Source: an uncultured Desulfobacter sp.
GTDB taxonomy: Bacteria > Desulfobacterota > Desulfobacteria > Desulfobacterales > Desulfobacteraceae
NCBI GenBank assembly: GCA_963665095.1
Contig: OY762069.1
Location: forward strand, 5,184,001-5,248,000
Direction: 5' to 3'
Length of the DNA stretch: 64,000 nucleotides
Shown: in pieces, positions 1 to 10,615 of the stretch
Position numbering within the stretch: the first letter of the stretch is position 1
Layout: each line of letters opens with the position of its first letter
Notes under the pieces: generated by a model
Databases searched by the model: none
What the model was told of the DNA's origin: nothing
Seen by the model: only the letters and a program-made list of their open reading frames with translations
Program-made: the position numbers and the translations under genes

Positions 1-1
1 G

Positions 2-244
2 ATCCGCTACAATGACACGGATATTGCCCGGGCGGTTTCCGCCCTTGATATCCCGCTGACCCGTGAGGAGTGCCAGTTCAAAATGTACCGGCCCAAACGG
101 CTGTTAGCGGAATATTATACCCTGTTCGGCCTGAATTTTTCCTATGAGGATGTATTTTCTTTTGCCAAAAAGGCCTTTGAGTTCCCTGACCAGGATTTTT
201 TTCAGGCCCGGGAAATGGTCTCTTATGTGTCCGACATGATCTAA
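2..244 (+). CDS. 3' end of a CDS running in from the window edge, product unknown
   Basis: Open frame from position 2 (IRYNDTDIARAVSALDIPL...VSDMI) ending at TAA 242-244; GC-rich like neighbouring genes. Confidence 0.7.
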   Translation: MRYNDTDIARAVSALDIPLTREECQFKMYRPKRLLAEYYTLFGLNFSYEDVFSFAKKAFEFPDQDFFQAREMVSYVSDMI

Positions 245-329
245 ATATAATCTGGCGGCATCAATGCTGCATATCCTTCCTATCGTTTAACAATTTTTTT
301 CAAAACAACGATCCCGTTGATTGATTGTT

Positions 330-369
330 GAACTGCCCTTCTGCCGGCAGCGGTTCAGAGCTTTTTTTC
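330..369 (+). terminator. Possible intrinsic terminator
   Basis: Imperfect stem GAACTGC...GCGGTTC followed by a T8 run. Confidence 0.45.
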
Positions 370-456
370 TGAAGCTGTCCGGCATGTCCGGTGTTTTTGC
401 AATAAAACAAGGTTGTTTCTGAATTTGATTTTCAGGAATTGCTATGAGTAAATTGC

Positions 457-476
457 ATAACATATCAATATGTTAT
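457..476. promoter_or_regulatory. Perfect 9-2-9 palindrome, probable transcription-factor operator
   Basis: ATAACATAT-CA-ATATGTTAT about 35 bp upstream of the 511 start codon. Confidence 0.6.
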
Positions 477-510
477 CTTTTTTTTAGCGGTAAAAAAGGA
501 GAAGCAGTGG

Positions 511-1317
511 ATGCAAAATGACAATTACATTATGGACAGTGAGGACGAGATCCAGCGTCTGGACATGAAAACGGATCTGGATATTCTTGAAAAACAGGTG
601 ACCTGGGCCGGGCTTCTCCCCGGTATGAGCGTGGGAGATATGGGATGCGGTCCGGGAAAAACCACCATGCACCTTGCCCGCCTGACAGGTCCAAACGGTA
701 AGGTCACCGGGGTGGACATGGCCCCGGACAGGCTTGCCTATGCCGAACGGCACTATTCAGGCCCTGGCATATCCTATGTCCGGGCCGACGTAAGACAGCC
801 CCCTGAGGATCTTGGTCCGTTTGATTTTATTTTTCTGCGCTTTGTTCTGGAGTTTTACAAAAATGAAGCGGCTGACATGGTTAAGGCGCTTTCTTCCCTG
901 CTTCGCCCGGGGGGAATTTTTTTCCTATCAGATTTGGACCACAATTGCCTGAATCACTACGGTATCCCGGAAAAATTGGATGTCGCCATTCACGGTGTAA
1001 TGGAGAGTCTTGGTCGAAAAACCGGATTTGATCCATGGGCAGGCCGGAAGCTCTATGCTCACCTATTTGACTTAGGCTTTCAGGATATTTGTGTGGAGGT
1101 GTCAGGCCACCACATGATTTACGGCGATATCTCCGATAGCGAAGCATTTAACTGGACCAAAAAAATTGAAGCGGCGGCAAAACATTCCGGATATGCGTTT
1201 GAAGAGTTCGAGGATGGCTTTGCCGGCTTTAAAAAAGCAAGCCTTTCGTTTTTCACCAATCCACGGCGTTTCACCTACACCCCAATCATCTGCTGCAAAG
1301 GGAGGAAACCTGCATGA
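511..1317 (+). CDS. Class I SAM-dependent methyltransferase
   Basis: DMGCGPG motif I, acidic VD after strand 2, FDFIFLRFVL, LRPGG; AGGAG RBS. Confidence 0.9.
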   Translation: MQNDNYIMDSEDEIQRLDMKTDLDILEKQVTWAGLLPGMSVGDMGCGPGKTTMHLARLTGPNGKVTGVDMAPDRLAYAERHYSGPGISYVRADVRQPPEDLGPFDFIFLRFVLEFYKNEAADMVKALSSLLRPGGIFFLSDLDHNCLNHYGIPEKLDVAIHGVMESLGRKTGFDPWAGRKLYAHLFDLGFQDICVEVSGHHMIYGDISDSEAFNWTKKIEAAAKHSGYAFEEFEDGFAGFKKASLSFFTNPRRFTYTPIICCKGRKPA

Positions 1318-2441
1318 TCGTTATGCCCAGTCCCGAGCTCTTTTTTGATACACGGTACGTCACCCCTCACCTGAAACTGCTGCCAGCCAACAGCCTTTCT
1401 TTTGATCAACTTTATACCCACTACCTTGAAGCCGGCTTCATCTACCCGGCCAAACTGGAAAAACTGCTGCCCCATTTTGACCTGATCCGGGAAAACTGGA
1501 CCCGGGCATACGCAGCCGGCAGAGGCCTTCTATGGACCATTGCATATGAAGATGAGCGGTACAATAAAATGGGAACCGTCACAGCATGGCGGGCAACCAT
1601 CAACGGCTGGCAGTCCCAGCACCTCACATCCCGGAACCATGCCGCCGGCCTGCTATATCTGCTGCTTGCAGCCCAGGATGAAGGCATCTTAACCGGTTGC
1701 GCGTCCGGCCAGAACTGGTACTCCCCCACCAATGCCTTTGCCATGAAAATCTATGGGCGTATGACCCGGGTTCTGGGAGAAGATTGTGCGGATGCACAGC
1801 TGCTTAATTATTTTCTGGTTGACCCGTCCGGACTTCGGTCAGAATCCCGGGAATTCAAAGTGGTAAGGTGCCGGCAGGAGGATCAGGATATGGTCCGGCA
1901 GACATGTGAACGGTTAAGGGGCCGGGTCTATTGCGAGGCTGAGGAAATTGATGGAAGTGATATTGAACTGGATGCCCTGGACAGGGCGTTCAGGCGTTAT
2001 GGTCTGCGGCGGCGACGGTTTATCTGGATGGCTCTGGATAAGGGATCGGACCTGCCTGTCGGGATGGTTATGGCCTACAGGGGGCCGTTTGGCTTAAATT
2101 TCAGTTTTCTGGAAAACAGGTGTGATCTGATGGTGGTGCCGGATCTTGATCCCGGCCGCAACGAAGCCGTGTGCCGGATTCTGATGGCAAAGGCGGCCCA
2201 GGCCTATTTTGATTCAAGTTCTCTGCCTGAATATCCTCTGTCCAAACTGGTGGTGATGGCGCCTGAAAATTGTGAGCAGGCCGTGGCAGATCTGGGCGGT
2301 ATTAAAGCCCGTCAGTACAACCAGGGCATCTGGCTCAACAGGGGTTTTGAGAAATGGAAAAAATATATGATGCGCGTCTTCTCTCCGGTGATTCAAAGGT
2401 TTGAAAAGCAGAATCGAATGAGTGAAACAACCCATGCCTGA
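1314..2441 (+). CDS. Uncharacterised protein, possibly GNAT/acyltransferase-like fold
   Basis: 375 aa, ATGA overlap with methyltransferase; conserved-looking AGFIYPAK, WQSQHL, WYSPTN segments; fold call is inference. Confidence 0.6.
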   Translation: MIVMPSPELFFDTRYVTPHLKLLPANSLSFDQLYTHYLEAGFIYPAKLEKLLPHFDLIRENWTRAYAAGRGLLWTIAYEDERYNKMGTVTAWRATINGWQSQHLTSRNHAAGLLYLLLAAQDEGILTGCASGQNWYSPTNAFAMKIYGRMTRVLGEDCADAQLLNYFLVDPSGLRSESREFKVVRCRQEDQDMVRQTCERLRGRVYCEAEEIDGSDIELDALDRAFRRYGLRRRRFIWMALDKGSDLPVGMVMAYRGPFGLNFSFLENRCDLMVVPDLDPGRNEAVCRILMAKAAQAYFDSSSLPEYPLSKLVVMAPENCEQAVADLGGIKARQYNQGIWLNRGFEKWKKYMMRVFSPVIQRFEKQNRMSETTHA

Positions 2442-2632
2442 ATTCAGGTAAAGACTTTCGATTTTTACTGTTTCAGAATGAAATATCCAGGCGGATGGTT
2501 TTTTTAGAAGACAAATATTGTTTTCGGTTATAAAACGTGGTCTATTCAGCTAATGATTTGTCAACAGGCCTGACAATCATTTTCAGCCGATGCCGGTGGG
2601 CTGTGATTTTTCGGCCATGAAAGAAAAAGATA

Positions 2633-5158
2633 ATGGATACCGACCTCAATAGCGCCGACCCCAAAAAGTTCGACCCGGACAAAGAGCTGTATAACAGTCT
2701 GGTGCTGGATACCTACATCACCCTGATAAAAGACAGGTACCCCAACATAGAGATTGAAGACCTCATGGCCTATGCCGGGATTGAGAATTATGAGCTCGGG
2801 GATTATTCCGTTTGGTTTACCCAGAGGCAGGTCAACCGGTTTCATGAACGGTTAAGCATGCTCACCGATAACATGAGGATTGCCTGGGAGGCCGGGCGGT
2901 ATGCAGCCACCCCCAAATGTTTCGGGGAGGTGCGCGGACTTGTGCTCTCATTGGGCGGTATCAGACGGGCCTATGAACTGATTGGAAAATATGCCAGACG
3001 CCTGAACCGTTCCTCCCACTATACCACCCAGACCCTTGGGAAAAATAAAATTGAAATTGTGGTCTCCCCCAATGAGGGGGTAAAGGAAGAGCCTTTTCAA
3101 TGCGAAAACCGGCTGGGTAATCTGCGGGGCATTGCAGATATGTTTTCCCATAAGGATGTGACCATTACCCACCCGGAATGCATGTTCAAAAACGGGGAAG
3201 TATGCCGGTATGAGGTGGCCTGGCGGGATACTGCGTCATCGGTCCTTGCGCCCCTGGCCGGGTTTTCCATGTTTGTTACCCTGCTGATGTTTATTGCACC
3301 GTGGACGTCGGCAGGCGCAGCTGTTCCCCACGGCGCCTGGTTGATCTCCCTGGTGGTCTCCCTGGGGATGGGGTGGGCCGATCAAAAGGCAAAAACCAAT
3401 GCACTGGGGCGGTCTTTAAATGGCATTTACACCACCAAAGAGGAACTGCTCTCTCAGATTGAAATCAATGCGGAAAATTTCAGGGTCATCATTGATATCG
3501 GTCAGGCTTTGGGTCTTGAAGATTCTGAAGGACATATATTTGAGCGGGCCGCCAGAATTGCCGGACGTCAAATGAAATACGACCGGACCATGATCATGAT
3601 TGCCAACGACGAAAAAACCGTCCTTTCCTATTGCGGGGGGTATGGATTTACGGATCTGGAAAAAAAGTATGTGTCAAAATACAGTATCTCCCTGGATGAC
3701 CCTTCCGAAGGGGTGTTTTACGAAGCTTTCAGGAATGATACGCCCATACTGGTGAACGATATGGAGATGCTGAAAAACAGGTCTTCATCAAGAAGTTTCA
3801 AGCTGGCAGAGCAGATGAGACCCTTTTCCTTTATCGTCAGTCCCATTGATGTGGATGGCGTCCCCATTGGGATTTTTATTGCAGGTAATAACAGGACACC
3901 AAGGCTTCTCGACCGTAATGACAAGCATCTGGTCATGGGGGTTGCCCAGCAGATTGGCACTGTCTACAGGCGCCAGAAATATGAAGAGCAGCAGGCGGAA
4001 TTCAACCGGCAGATCGTGCAACTCCAGAAGATGGAGGCGCTTGGTGTGCTGGCCGGGGGCATTGCCCATGATTTCAATAATATTTTATCGCCCATCCTCG
4101 GTTATACAGATCTGTGTCTGTCCGTATGCCCGGAAGATGAACAGATCCAGGAATATCTGAACCGGGTGAAAAAAGCTGGGGTCCGGGCACAGGAACTGGT
4201 GGGACAGATTCTGGCCTTCAGCCGCCAGGGGGAAAAGGAGCATATCCGCTGTCATCCCGGCCCTATTGTCAAGGAGACCTTGAAACTATTGAGGGCCTCT
4301 GTTCCCCGGGCCATCAAGATAGAGACCCTGGTCCGCCAGGATCTTAAGCCCATCATGGCAGACCCTACACAGATTCACCAGCTTGTCATGAATCTTTGCA
4401 CCAATGCCTACCATGCCATGGCGGAAAGCGGCGGCGTGCTTAAAGTCAGCCTGGAGGAGATTCAGGTCAGGGAACGGCCCCTTGAAGATGCCCGACGTAT
4501 GCTGCCCGGTAACTATATTCACATGCAGGTGGCAGATACCGGCCACGGCATGAGTAAACAGGTGATGGCAAATATTTTTGAGCCCTACTTTACTACCAAG
4601 CAAAAGGGTAAGGGTACAGGGCTCGGGCTTTCCATTGTCCAGAATATTGTGGCCCGTCTTAAAGGGTATGCTTTTGTGGACAGCATGGAAGGACAGGGAA
4701 GCTGTTTTGATATTTATCTGCCCCAGGCAGGTGAAAAATCGTCGAAAAAACAGGAAAATTTTGAACCTGCAGCACCCAGAGGAAAAGAATCCATCCTTCT
4801 GGTGGATGATGAGTCCCAGATTCTGCTTCTGCATAAGGAGATGCTGGAAGGGTTTGGCTACAAGGTGTCAGCCTGTGCTGACAGCCAGGTGGCCTTGGAT
4901 ATTTTCAGCCGGCATGCCAGCCAGTGGGATCTGGTGGTAACGGACCAGGTTATGCCGGGCCTGACAGGCATGGAACTGGCAGAACAGATTTTCAAAATTT
5001 CCACTGATACACCGGTTATTTTGTGTACCGGATATTCTGATGCCGTAACCGAAGATCAGGTAAAGGAAAAAGGAATTTCCGCCTTTGTCATGAAACCTGT
5101 GGTGAGTGCCCAACTGGCCCGGTGTATCCGCACGGCACTGGGGGCCACTGATACGTAA
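2633..5158 (+). CDS. Hybrid sensor histidine kinase (V4R/H-NOX-like N-terminus, 2 TM, GAF, HisKA, HATPase, REC)
   Basis: GIAHDFNN H-box, NLCTNA, DTGHG, GTGLGL, C-terminal LLVDD..D..K receiver; HPECMFKNGEVCRY resembles the V4R C-x5-C motif. Confidence 0.9.
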   Translation: MDTDLNSADPKKFDPDKELYNSLVLDTYITLIKDRYPNIEIEDLMAYAGIENYELGDYSVWFTQRQVNRFHERLSMLTDNMRIAWEAGRYAATPKCFGEVRGLVLSLGGIRRAYELIGKYARRLNRSSHYTTQTLGKNKIEIVVSPNEGVKEEPFQCENRLGNLRGIADMFSHKDVTITHPECMFKNGEVCRYEVAWRDTASSVLAPLAGFSMFVTLLMFIAPWTSAGAAVPHGAWLISLVVSLGMGWADQKAKTNALGRSLNGIYTTKEELLSQIEINAENFRVIIDIGQALGLEDSEGHIFERAARIAGRQMKYDRTMIMIANDEKTVLSYCGGYGFTDLEKKYVSKYSISLDDPSEGVFYEAFRNDTPILVNDMEMLKNRSSSRSFKLAEQMRPFSFIVSPIDVDGVPIGIFIAGNNRTPRLLDRNDKHLVMGVAQQIGTVYRRQKYEEQQAEFNRQIVQLQKMEALGVLAGGIAHDFNNILSPILGYTDLCLSVCPEDEQIQEYLNRVKKAGVRAQELVGQILAFSRQGEKEHIRCHPGPIVKETLKLLRASVPRAIKIETLVRQDLKPIMADPTQIHQLVMNLCTNAYHAMAESGGVLKVSLEEIQVRERPLEDARRMLPGNYIHMQVADTGHGMSKQVMANIFEPYFTTKQKGKGTGLGLSIVQNIVARLKGYAFVDSMEGQGSCFDIYLPQAGEKSSKKQENFEPAAPRGKESILLVDDESQILLLHKEMLEGFGYKVSACADSQVALDIFSRHASQWDLVVTDQVMPGLTGMELAEQIFKISTDTPVILCTGYSDAVTEDQVKEKGISAFVMKPVVSAQLARCIRTALGATDT

Positions 5159-5168
5159 CCCCCCCCTG

Positions 5169-6047
5169 TCATCTGTTCTCTTCAATTTTTCCCATGGATA
5201 TTTTACCAAGAATTGCCGCAGCAATGATCACGGCCATACCGGCCAGCACCTGGGCTGTGACCTGTTCTTTGTGGATCATGGCCACCAGGAGAACGGCCAA
5301 GGGCGGTGTCAGATAGCTTAAGTATCCGATAATGGTGATATTGCCTGAGGTTAATGCCTTGCCCCAGAAAAAGAAGGAAAGACCTAAAGGTACACATCCG
5401 AGATATACTGCGGAAAGGAATGCCCGCATTCCGGGAAAAGCAAAACCGCCGGAAGCAAGACACAGTACAACGGAAATTGCAGCTGCATACATGGAAAAGG
5501 CAGTCATAGGGTCTTTTTTAAGCTTCAGTATTGGCAGGCCGACACTGAAACTGCTCCAGATAAGTCCACAGGTCAGGGCTATGCCGTATCCGTGGAGATG
5601 ATCGGTTGAAAAGGAGATCGTGTGGCCGGCAGATATCACCAGGCCTGCCCCGAAAAGTCCTGCCAGTGCCGTCAGGCATATGGGTATGGAAACCCTGCCC
5701 AGGGCGACAATGGACGACATGACTACGATCCAGAAGGACCATGTGGTGGCCAGAATGGTGCCTTCGGCCATGGGGGCAAGTGCCATGGCTTTGTAGTAAA
5801 GAAAATGGTAGAGAAAAATACCCCAGATGCCTAGTAGACTGGCTTTAGTTCCCGGAAAATAAATATCAAAGGAGCGGGTGGCGATCACATCCCGGGCATA
5901 GAGAAACAGGGCGGCACAGGTAAAGCTTATGGCCATGAGCTGGGCAACCGTTAACCCCTCAAGGCCCGAGCCAATGGCTGCGGGAAGACTGGCCCAGCAC
6001 AGTACCGCTCCCATGGCGTATATGTACGGTATGGTTTTCATAGCCAC
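5169..6047 (-). CDS. DMT/EamA family transporter
   Basis: 292 aa, about 10 hydrophobic helices, duplicated EamA pattern. Confidence 0.85.
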   Translation of the reverse strand: MAMKTIPYIYAMGAVLCWASLPAAIGSGLEGLTVAQLMAISFTCAALFLYARDVIATRSFDIYFPGTKASLLGIWGIFLYHFLYYKAMALAPMAEGTILATTWSFWIVVMSSIVALGRVSIPICLTALAGLFGAGLVISAGHTISFSTDHLHGYGIALTCGLIWSSFSVGLPILKLKKDPMTAFSMYAAAISVVLCLASGGFAFPGMRAFLSAVYLGCVPLGLSFFFWGKALTSGNITIIGYLSYLTPPLAVLLVAMIHKEQVTAQVLAGMAVIIAAAILGKISMGKIEENR

Positions 6048-6294
6048 CCTGAATAAAGCCGATACAAAAAAAATGCAACAGGTCTTTTACAGGCAAGGGG
6101 ATTTATTAAGTTTGTTAAACTCAAGGATTTCCTGGGAAAAGGGGTTTAAAATCCAGGCCCGATGGTATATTAACTAAAATTGAAAATTAGGTTTTTTAAG
6201 TAAGAAAGGGATATTAGCCATTGGAAAGTAAGTAAAGTTCGAAGCGTTCGGCTTTGCTTGTCAGAATAAATTCGCCAATCATGTGAGAAAATAG

Positions 6295-7464
6295 ATGAAA
6301 TTAAGATTTAGCGTCGCGTTGCTGGGGCTTATTTCGTTGTTATTGTGCCCGGCCTGTAAGGAGGCGGAACAACAGACCGCCAAAGCCATTCCTCCGGTGG
6401 AGGTTGCCGTTTTCAAAACCCAGGCCCAGGATGTGCCCATTTACCAGGAGTTTGTGGGCCAGATTTACGGTGCCAAGGACATTGCCATCCGGGCCCGGGT
6501 GGAAGGGTTTCTGAAAGGGATTCATTTCAAAGAGGGATCCGCAGTTAAATCCGGGGATCTGTTGTACACCATTGAAAGCCAGCCCTTTGAGTCTGAGGTG
6601 GCTTCCAGGAAAGGTCTTCTGGCCGAAGCCGAAACCAAAATGGTCAAGGCCAAACGGGACCTGGACCGGTATAAACCCCTGGCTGCCATGAATGCGGTGT
6701 CCCAGAGTGATTTAGACGGCGCCCAGGCCGCCTATGATGCGGCAAAGGCAGGGGTGGATGCGGCAACGGCCAATGTCAGATCCGCCCAGATCCAGATGGG
6801 GTACACCAAAATTTACTCCCCCATTGACGGCATCATCGGCAAAACAAAGGCCAAGGTCGGAGATTTTGTGGGCCGGGATCCCAATCCGGTGATCCTGAAC
6901 GAGGTCTCCAATACCAGCTCCGTACTGGTGGAGTTTTTTCTTACGGAGAATCAGTACCTGGACCTTTACCGCCACGTGATTGCCGCCGATGAGAGCCAGG
7001 TCGCCCAAAAGAAAAAAGAGGGCGCGGACATCCAGCTGATTCTGGCCGACGGCTCCCTGTATCCCCACAAGGGGACGCCCAATTTCCTGGACCGGCAGAT
7101 TGACCCCACCACGGGGGCCATCCTTGTTCAGGTCTCTTTCCCCAACCCGGACAATCTTCTTCGGTCCGGCCAGTTTGCAAAGATCAAGGCCATGGTGAAC
7201 AAGATAAAAGAGGGCATTCTCGTTCCCCAGCGCTGTGTCACCGATCTGCAGGGCCGCAAAAAGCTCTTTGTGGTGGTTGACGACGGCAAGGTGGAGGAGC
7301 GGGATGTCACCCTGGGCCCGGATGTGGATAACTTTGTGCTGATCAAAAAAGGAATTACCGCCGGGGAATCGGTGGTGTATGAAGGATTGCAGAAAGTGGC
7401 GGACGGCACCACGGTCAAGACAAAAGAAGCCAGGGTGGAACGTATAACACAGGAACAGGAATAA
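6295..7464 (+). CDS. RND efflux periplasmic adaptor (AcrA/MexA family)
   Basis: Lipoprotein-like signal, IRARVEG, YTKIYSPIDG, FPNPD..L..GQF. Confidence 0.95.
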   Translation: MKLRFSVALLGLISLLLCPACKEAEQQTAKAIPPVEVAVFKTQAQDVPIYQEFVGQIYGAKDIAIRARVEGFLKGIHFKEGSAVKSGDLLYTIESQPFESEVASRKGLLAEAETKMVKAKRDLDRYKPLAAMNAVSQSDLDGAQAAYDAAKAGVDAATANVRSAQIQMGYTKIYSPIDGIIGKTKAKVGDFVGRDPNPVILNEVSNTSSVLVEFFLTENQYLDLYRHVIAADESQVAQKKKEGADIQLILADGSLYPHKGTPNFLDRQIDPTTGAILVQVSFPNPDNLLRSGQFAKIKAMVNKIKEGILVPQRCVTDLQGRKKLFVVVDDGKVEERDVTLGPDVDNFVLIKKGITAGESVVYEGLQKVADGTTVKTKEARVERITQEQE

Positions 7465-10400
7465 TGGGTGCATTTTTTGTCCGGCGGCCCATTGTCGCCA
7501 TGGTTATTGCCATTGTCACGGTGATTTTAGGTGTGCTGTCCGTGTTTAAGCTGCCCATGGAGCAGTATCCCAATATCACGCCGCCCATTGTCCAGGTACG
7601 GGCCAGTTACACCGGTGCCAACGCCACCAATGTGGAGGCGTCCGTTGCCACGCCTTTGGAACAGCAGATCAACGGCGTGGACAACATGATCTATATGAAG
7701 TCGGTGAATGCCAATGACGGCACCATGACCATCAACGTCTCCTTTGAGATCGGCACGGATCCGGACATGAATACCGTATTTGTCCAGAACCGCGTGTCTG
7801 CGGCCACGGCCAAACTGCCGGAAGAGGTCAAGCGTCTTGGGGTCACCACGGAAAAATCCCTGCCCAACATCCTGATGCTTGTGGCGCTCACCGATCCCTC
7901 CGACAAGTATGACCAGAATTTTCTGAACAACTATGCCCTGATCAATATCAAGGACTCACTGGCCCGGTTGAAAGGGGTCGGACGGGTGGATGTTCTGGGC
8001 GGCTCCGACTACTCCATGCGCATCTGGATCAAACCCGACCGCCTGGCCCAGCTGGATATGACCGTGTCCGAGATCACGGCGGCCATCAAGGCCCAGAACG
8101 TGATTGTGGCCGGTGGAAAGTTCGGCGCGGAACCGGCGCCAGACGGCACGGAATTTACCTATACCGTGCGTCTGCCGGACCGGCTCGCTTCCGAGGAGGC
8201 CTTTGGCGACATTGTGGTTCGTACCACCCCCAGTGGCGCCCAGGTGAAAATCAAGGATGTGGCCAAGGTGGAGCTGGGTGTGGAATCCTACAATGTTTTC
8301 TCCCGCATGGACGGCAAACCCTGTTCCATCATTGCGCTGTACCAGGCGCCGGGTTCCAATGCCGTGAACCTGGCCGAGGAGATCCGGTCGGTGATGGCCC
8401 GGCTCTCCAGCTCTTTTCCCAAAGGCATGCGCTATGATGTCTCTCTGGACGCCACACTGCCCATTACCAAAGGTATTGACGAGATCGTCGAGACCCTGTT
8501 GATAGCCCTGGCCCTGGTTATTTTTGTTGTTTTTATCTTTATCCAGGACTGGCGGGCGACCCTCATTCCCACCATTGCCATTCCTGTCTCCCTGCTTGGT
8601 GCCTTTGTGGCATTCCCGCTTCTGGGATTTACGGTGAATACGCTTTCGCTGCTAGGACTGGTACTGGCCATTGGTATTGTTGTGGATGATGCTATCGTAG
8701 TGGTGGAGGCGGTCCAGGTCAATATTGCCAAGGGCATGGATGCCAAGGCCGCCACCGTCGAAGCCATGCGCGAGGTAACCGCCCCTATCGTGGCCACCAC
8801 CCTGGTCCTTGTGGCGGTGTTCCTGCCGGTGTCTGCCATGGGCGGCATCACAGGACGCCTCTATCAGCAGTTTGCCCTGACCATTGTGGTTTCGGTCCTT
8901 TTTTCCTCCATAAATGCCTTGTCTTTAAGTCCGGCCCTTTGCGGGCTTCTGCTCAAAGAGCCCAAACCCTACCGGGGACCCTTGGGGTGGTTTTTCTCGG
9001 TCTTCAACAAGGGGTTTGACGCCTCAACAAATGTTTACATCAAGATTGCCCGGATGGTGGCCCGCAAGGCGGTTATCGGGGTGCTTTTCATTGTGGCCGT
9101 GTGCTGCGGCACAGGGGTTGTGGGCAAGTTGCTGCCCGGCGGCTTTATTCCCACCGAGGACATGGGATACTTCATGGTCAATGTCCAGCTGCCGGACGCC
9201 GCCTCCCTCCAGCGGTCAGATGCCGTCACCAAGCAGGTGGAGAAGATGATTGCCAAACACCCGGAAGTGGAGCATGTCACCAATGCCACGGGCTTTTCCA
9301 TGCTCTCCTCCTCCATGGGGCCCAATTACGGCTTCCTGTTTGTCTCGCTCAAGGATTGGGACGAGCGGGAGAGAACGGCTGATGAACTGGTCTCCCAGTT
9401 AAATAAAGAGTTCTATTTCGGGATCAACCAGGCCCAGGTATTTGCCTTTTCGCCGCCGGCCATCCCGGGGCTTGGCACTGGTTCCGGCTTTACCTTCATG
9501 CTCCAGGACCGCGTGGGTAATACGCCGGCCTATCTTGGCCATCAGGCCGTCCAGTTCATAGCCGCCGCTAAAAAACGCAAAGAGATCGGGTCGGTGCGCA
9601 CCACCTTCAGTCCCAATGTCCCCCAGAAACTCATTGAAGTGGACCGGGACAAGGCGCTCAAGGCCGGCATCAGCCTCAACGACATCTACACCACCATCGG
9701 CGCGTTCCTGGGCGGCTCCTATGTCAACGACTTTAATAAGTTCGGCCGGCTTTACAGGGCCTATATCCAGGCAGAACCCGAATATCGGCTCAACGCCAAG
9801 AAGCTCGGACAGTTTTTTATAAGGAACAAACAGGGAAAAAGCGTGCCGCTGTCCGCCTTTATCAAGGTTCAGGAGGTGTATGGTCCGGATTATACCAACC
9901 GGTTCAACCTCATGCGGGCCGCAGAGATCTCCGGGACCCCTGCCCAGGGGTATACCTCGGCCCAGGCCATGGCGGCCCTGGAAGAGGTGGCCGCCGAAGT
10001 GCTGCCCGATGACATGACCTACTCCTGGAGCGACATGTCCTACCAGGAGCATGCGGCTGCCGGTACCGGCGCCGTGGTCTTTGTCTTCTCCCTGGTCTTT
10101 GTTTTCCTGATTCTGGCAGCCCAGTATGAAAGCTGGTCCCTTCCCTTCAGCATCCTTTTAGGCACGCCCTTTGCCCTGTTCGGTGCCATGGGGCTTGTCT
10201 TCCTGGCCCGGTATTTTGACCTGACATACGAGAACAACGTGTTTGCCCAGATCTCGCTTGTACTGCTCATCGGCATGGCAGCCAAAAACGCCATTTTGAT
10301 TGTGGAGTTTGCCAATATTAAATTCCATGAGGGCTTAAGCCTGTTCGATGCGGCCATTGAGTCGGCTAAAATAAGATTCCGTCCGATTCTGATGACGGCA

Positions 10401-10604
10401 TTTGCCTTTATCCTGGGTATTTTTCCCCTGGTGGTGGCCACCGGTGCCGGAGCCATGGCCCGTAAGGTCATGGGTGTGGCGCTTTTGGGCGGCATGACCC
10501 TTGCCACCTTTCTTGGTGTATTTTTCTATCCCATGCTCTTTGTCTTTATCGGCAAGCTGTGCCGGTATGAGAAAAAGCGGGATATGGCCCCAAAAAATGA
10601 GTAA
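7464..10604 (+). CDS. RND efflux permease (AcrB/HAE1 family)
   Basis: 1046 aa; FFVRRP, IGIVVDDAIVVVE, AKNAILIVEF, RFRPILMT. Confidence 0.97.
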   Translation: MGAFFVRRPIVAMVIAIVTVILGVLSVFKLPMEQYPNITPPIVQVRASYTGANATNVEASVATPLEQQINGVDNMIYMKSVNANDGTMTINVSFEIGTDPDMNTVFVQNRVSAATAKLPEEVKRLGVTTEKSLPNILMLVALTDPSDKYDQNFLNNYALINIKDSLARLKGVGRVDVLGGSDYSMRIWIKPDRLAQLDMTVSEITAAIKAQNVIVAGGKFGAEPAPDGTEFTYTVRLPDRLASEEAFGDIVVRTTPSGAQVKIKDVAKVELGVESYNVFSRMDGKPCSIIALYQAPGSNAVNLAEEIRSVMARLSSSFPKGMRYDVSLDATLPITKGIDEIVETLLIALALVIFVVFIFIQDWRATLIPTIAIPVSLLGAFVAFPLLGFTVNTLSLLGLVLAIGIVVDDAIVVVEAVQVNIAKGMDAKAATVEAMREVTAPIVATTLVLVAVFLPVSAMGGITGRLYQQFALTIVVSVLFSSINALSLSPALCGLLLKEPKPYRGPLGWFFSVFNKGFDASTNVYIKIARMVARKAVIGVLFIVAVCCGTGVVGKLLPGGFIPTEDMGYFMVNVQLPDAASLQRSDAVTKQVEKMIAKHPEVEHVTNATGFSMLSSSMGPNYGFLFVSLKDWDERERTADELVSQLNKEFYFGINQAQVFAFSPPAIPGLGTGSGFTFMLQDRVGNTPAYLGHQAVQFIAAAKKRKEIGSVRTTFSPNVPQKLIEVDRDKALKAGISLNDIYTTIGAFLGGSYVNDFNKFGRLYRAYIQAEPEYRLNAKKLGQFFIRNKQGKSVPLSAFIKVQEVYGPDYTNRFNLMRAAEISGTPAQGYTSAQAMAALEEVAAEVLPDDMTYSWSDMSYQEHAAAGTGAVVFVFSLVFVFLILAAQYESWSLPFSILLGTPFALFGAMGLVFLARYFDLTYENNVFAQISLVLLIGMAAKNAILIVEFANIKFHEGLSLFDAAIESAKIRFRPILMTAFAFILGIFPLVVATGAGAMARKVMGVALLGGMTLATFLGVFFYPMLFVFIGKLCRYEKKRDMAPKNE

Positions 10605-10615
10605 AGATTAAAATT

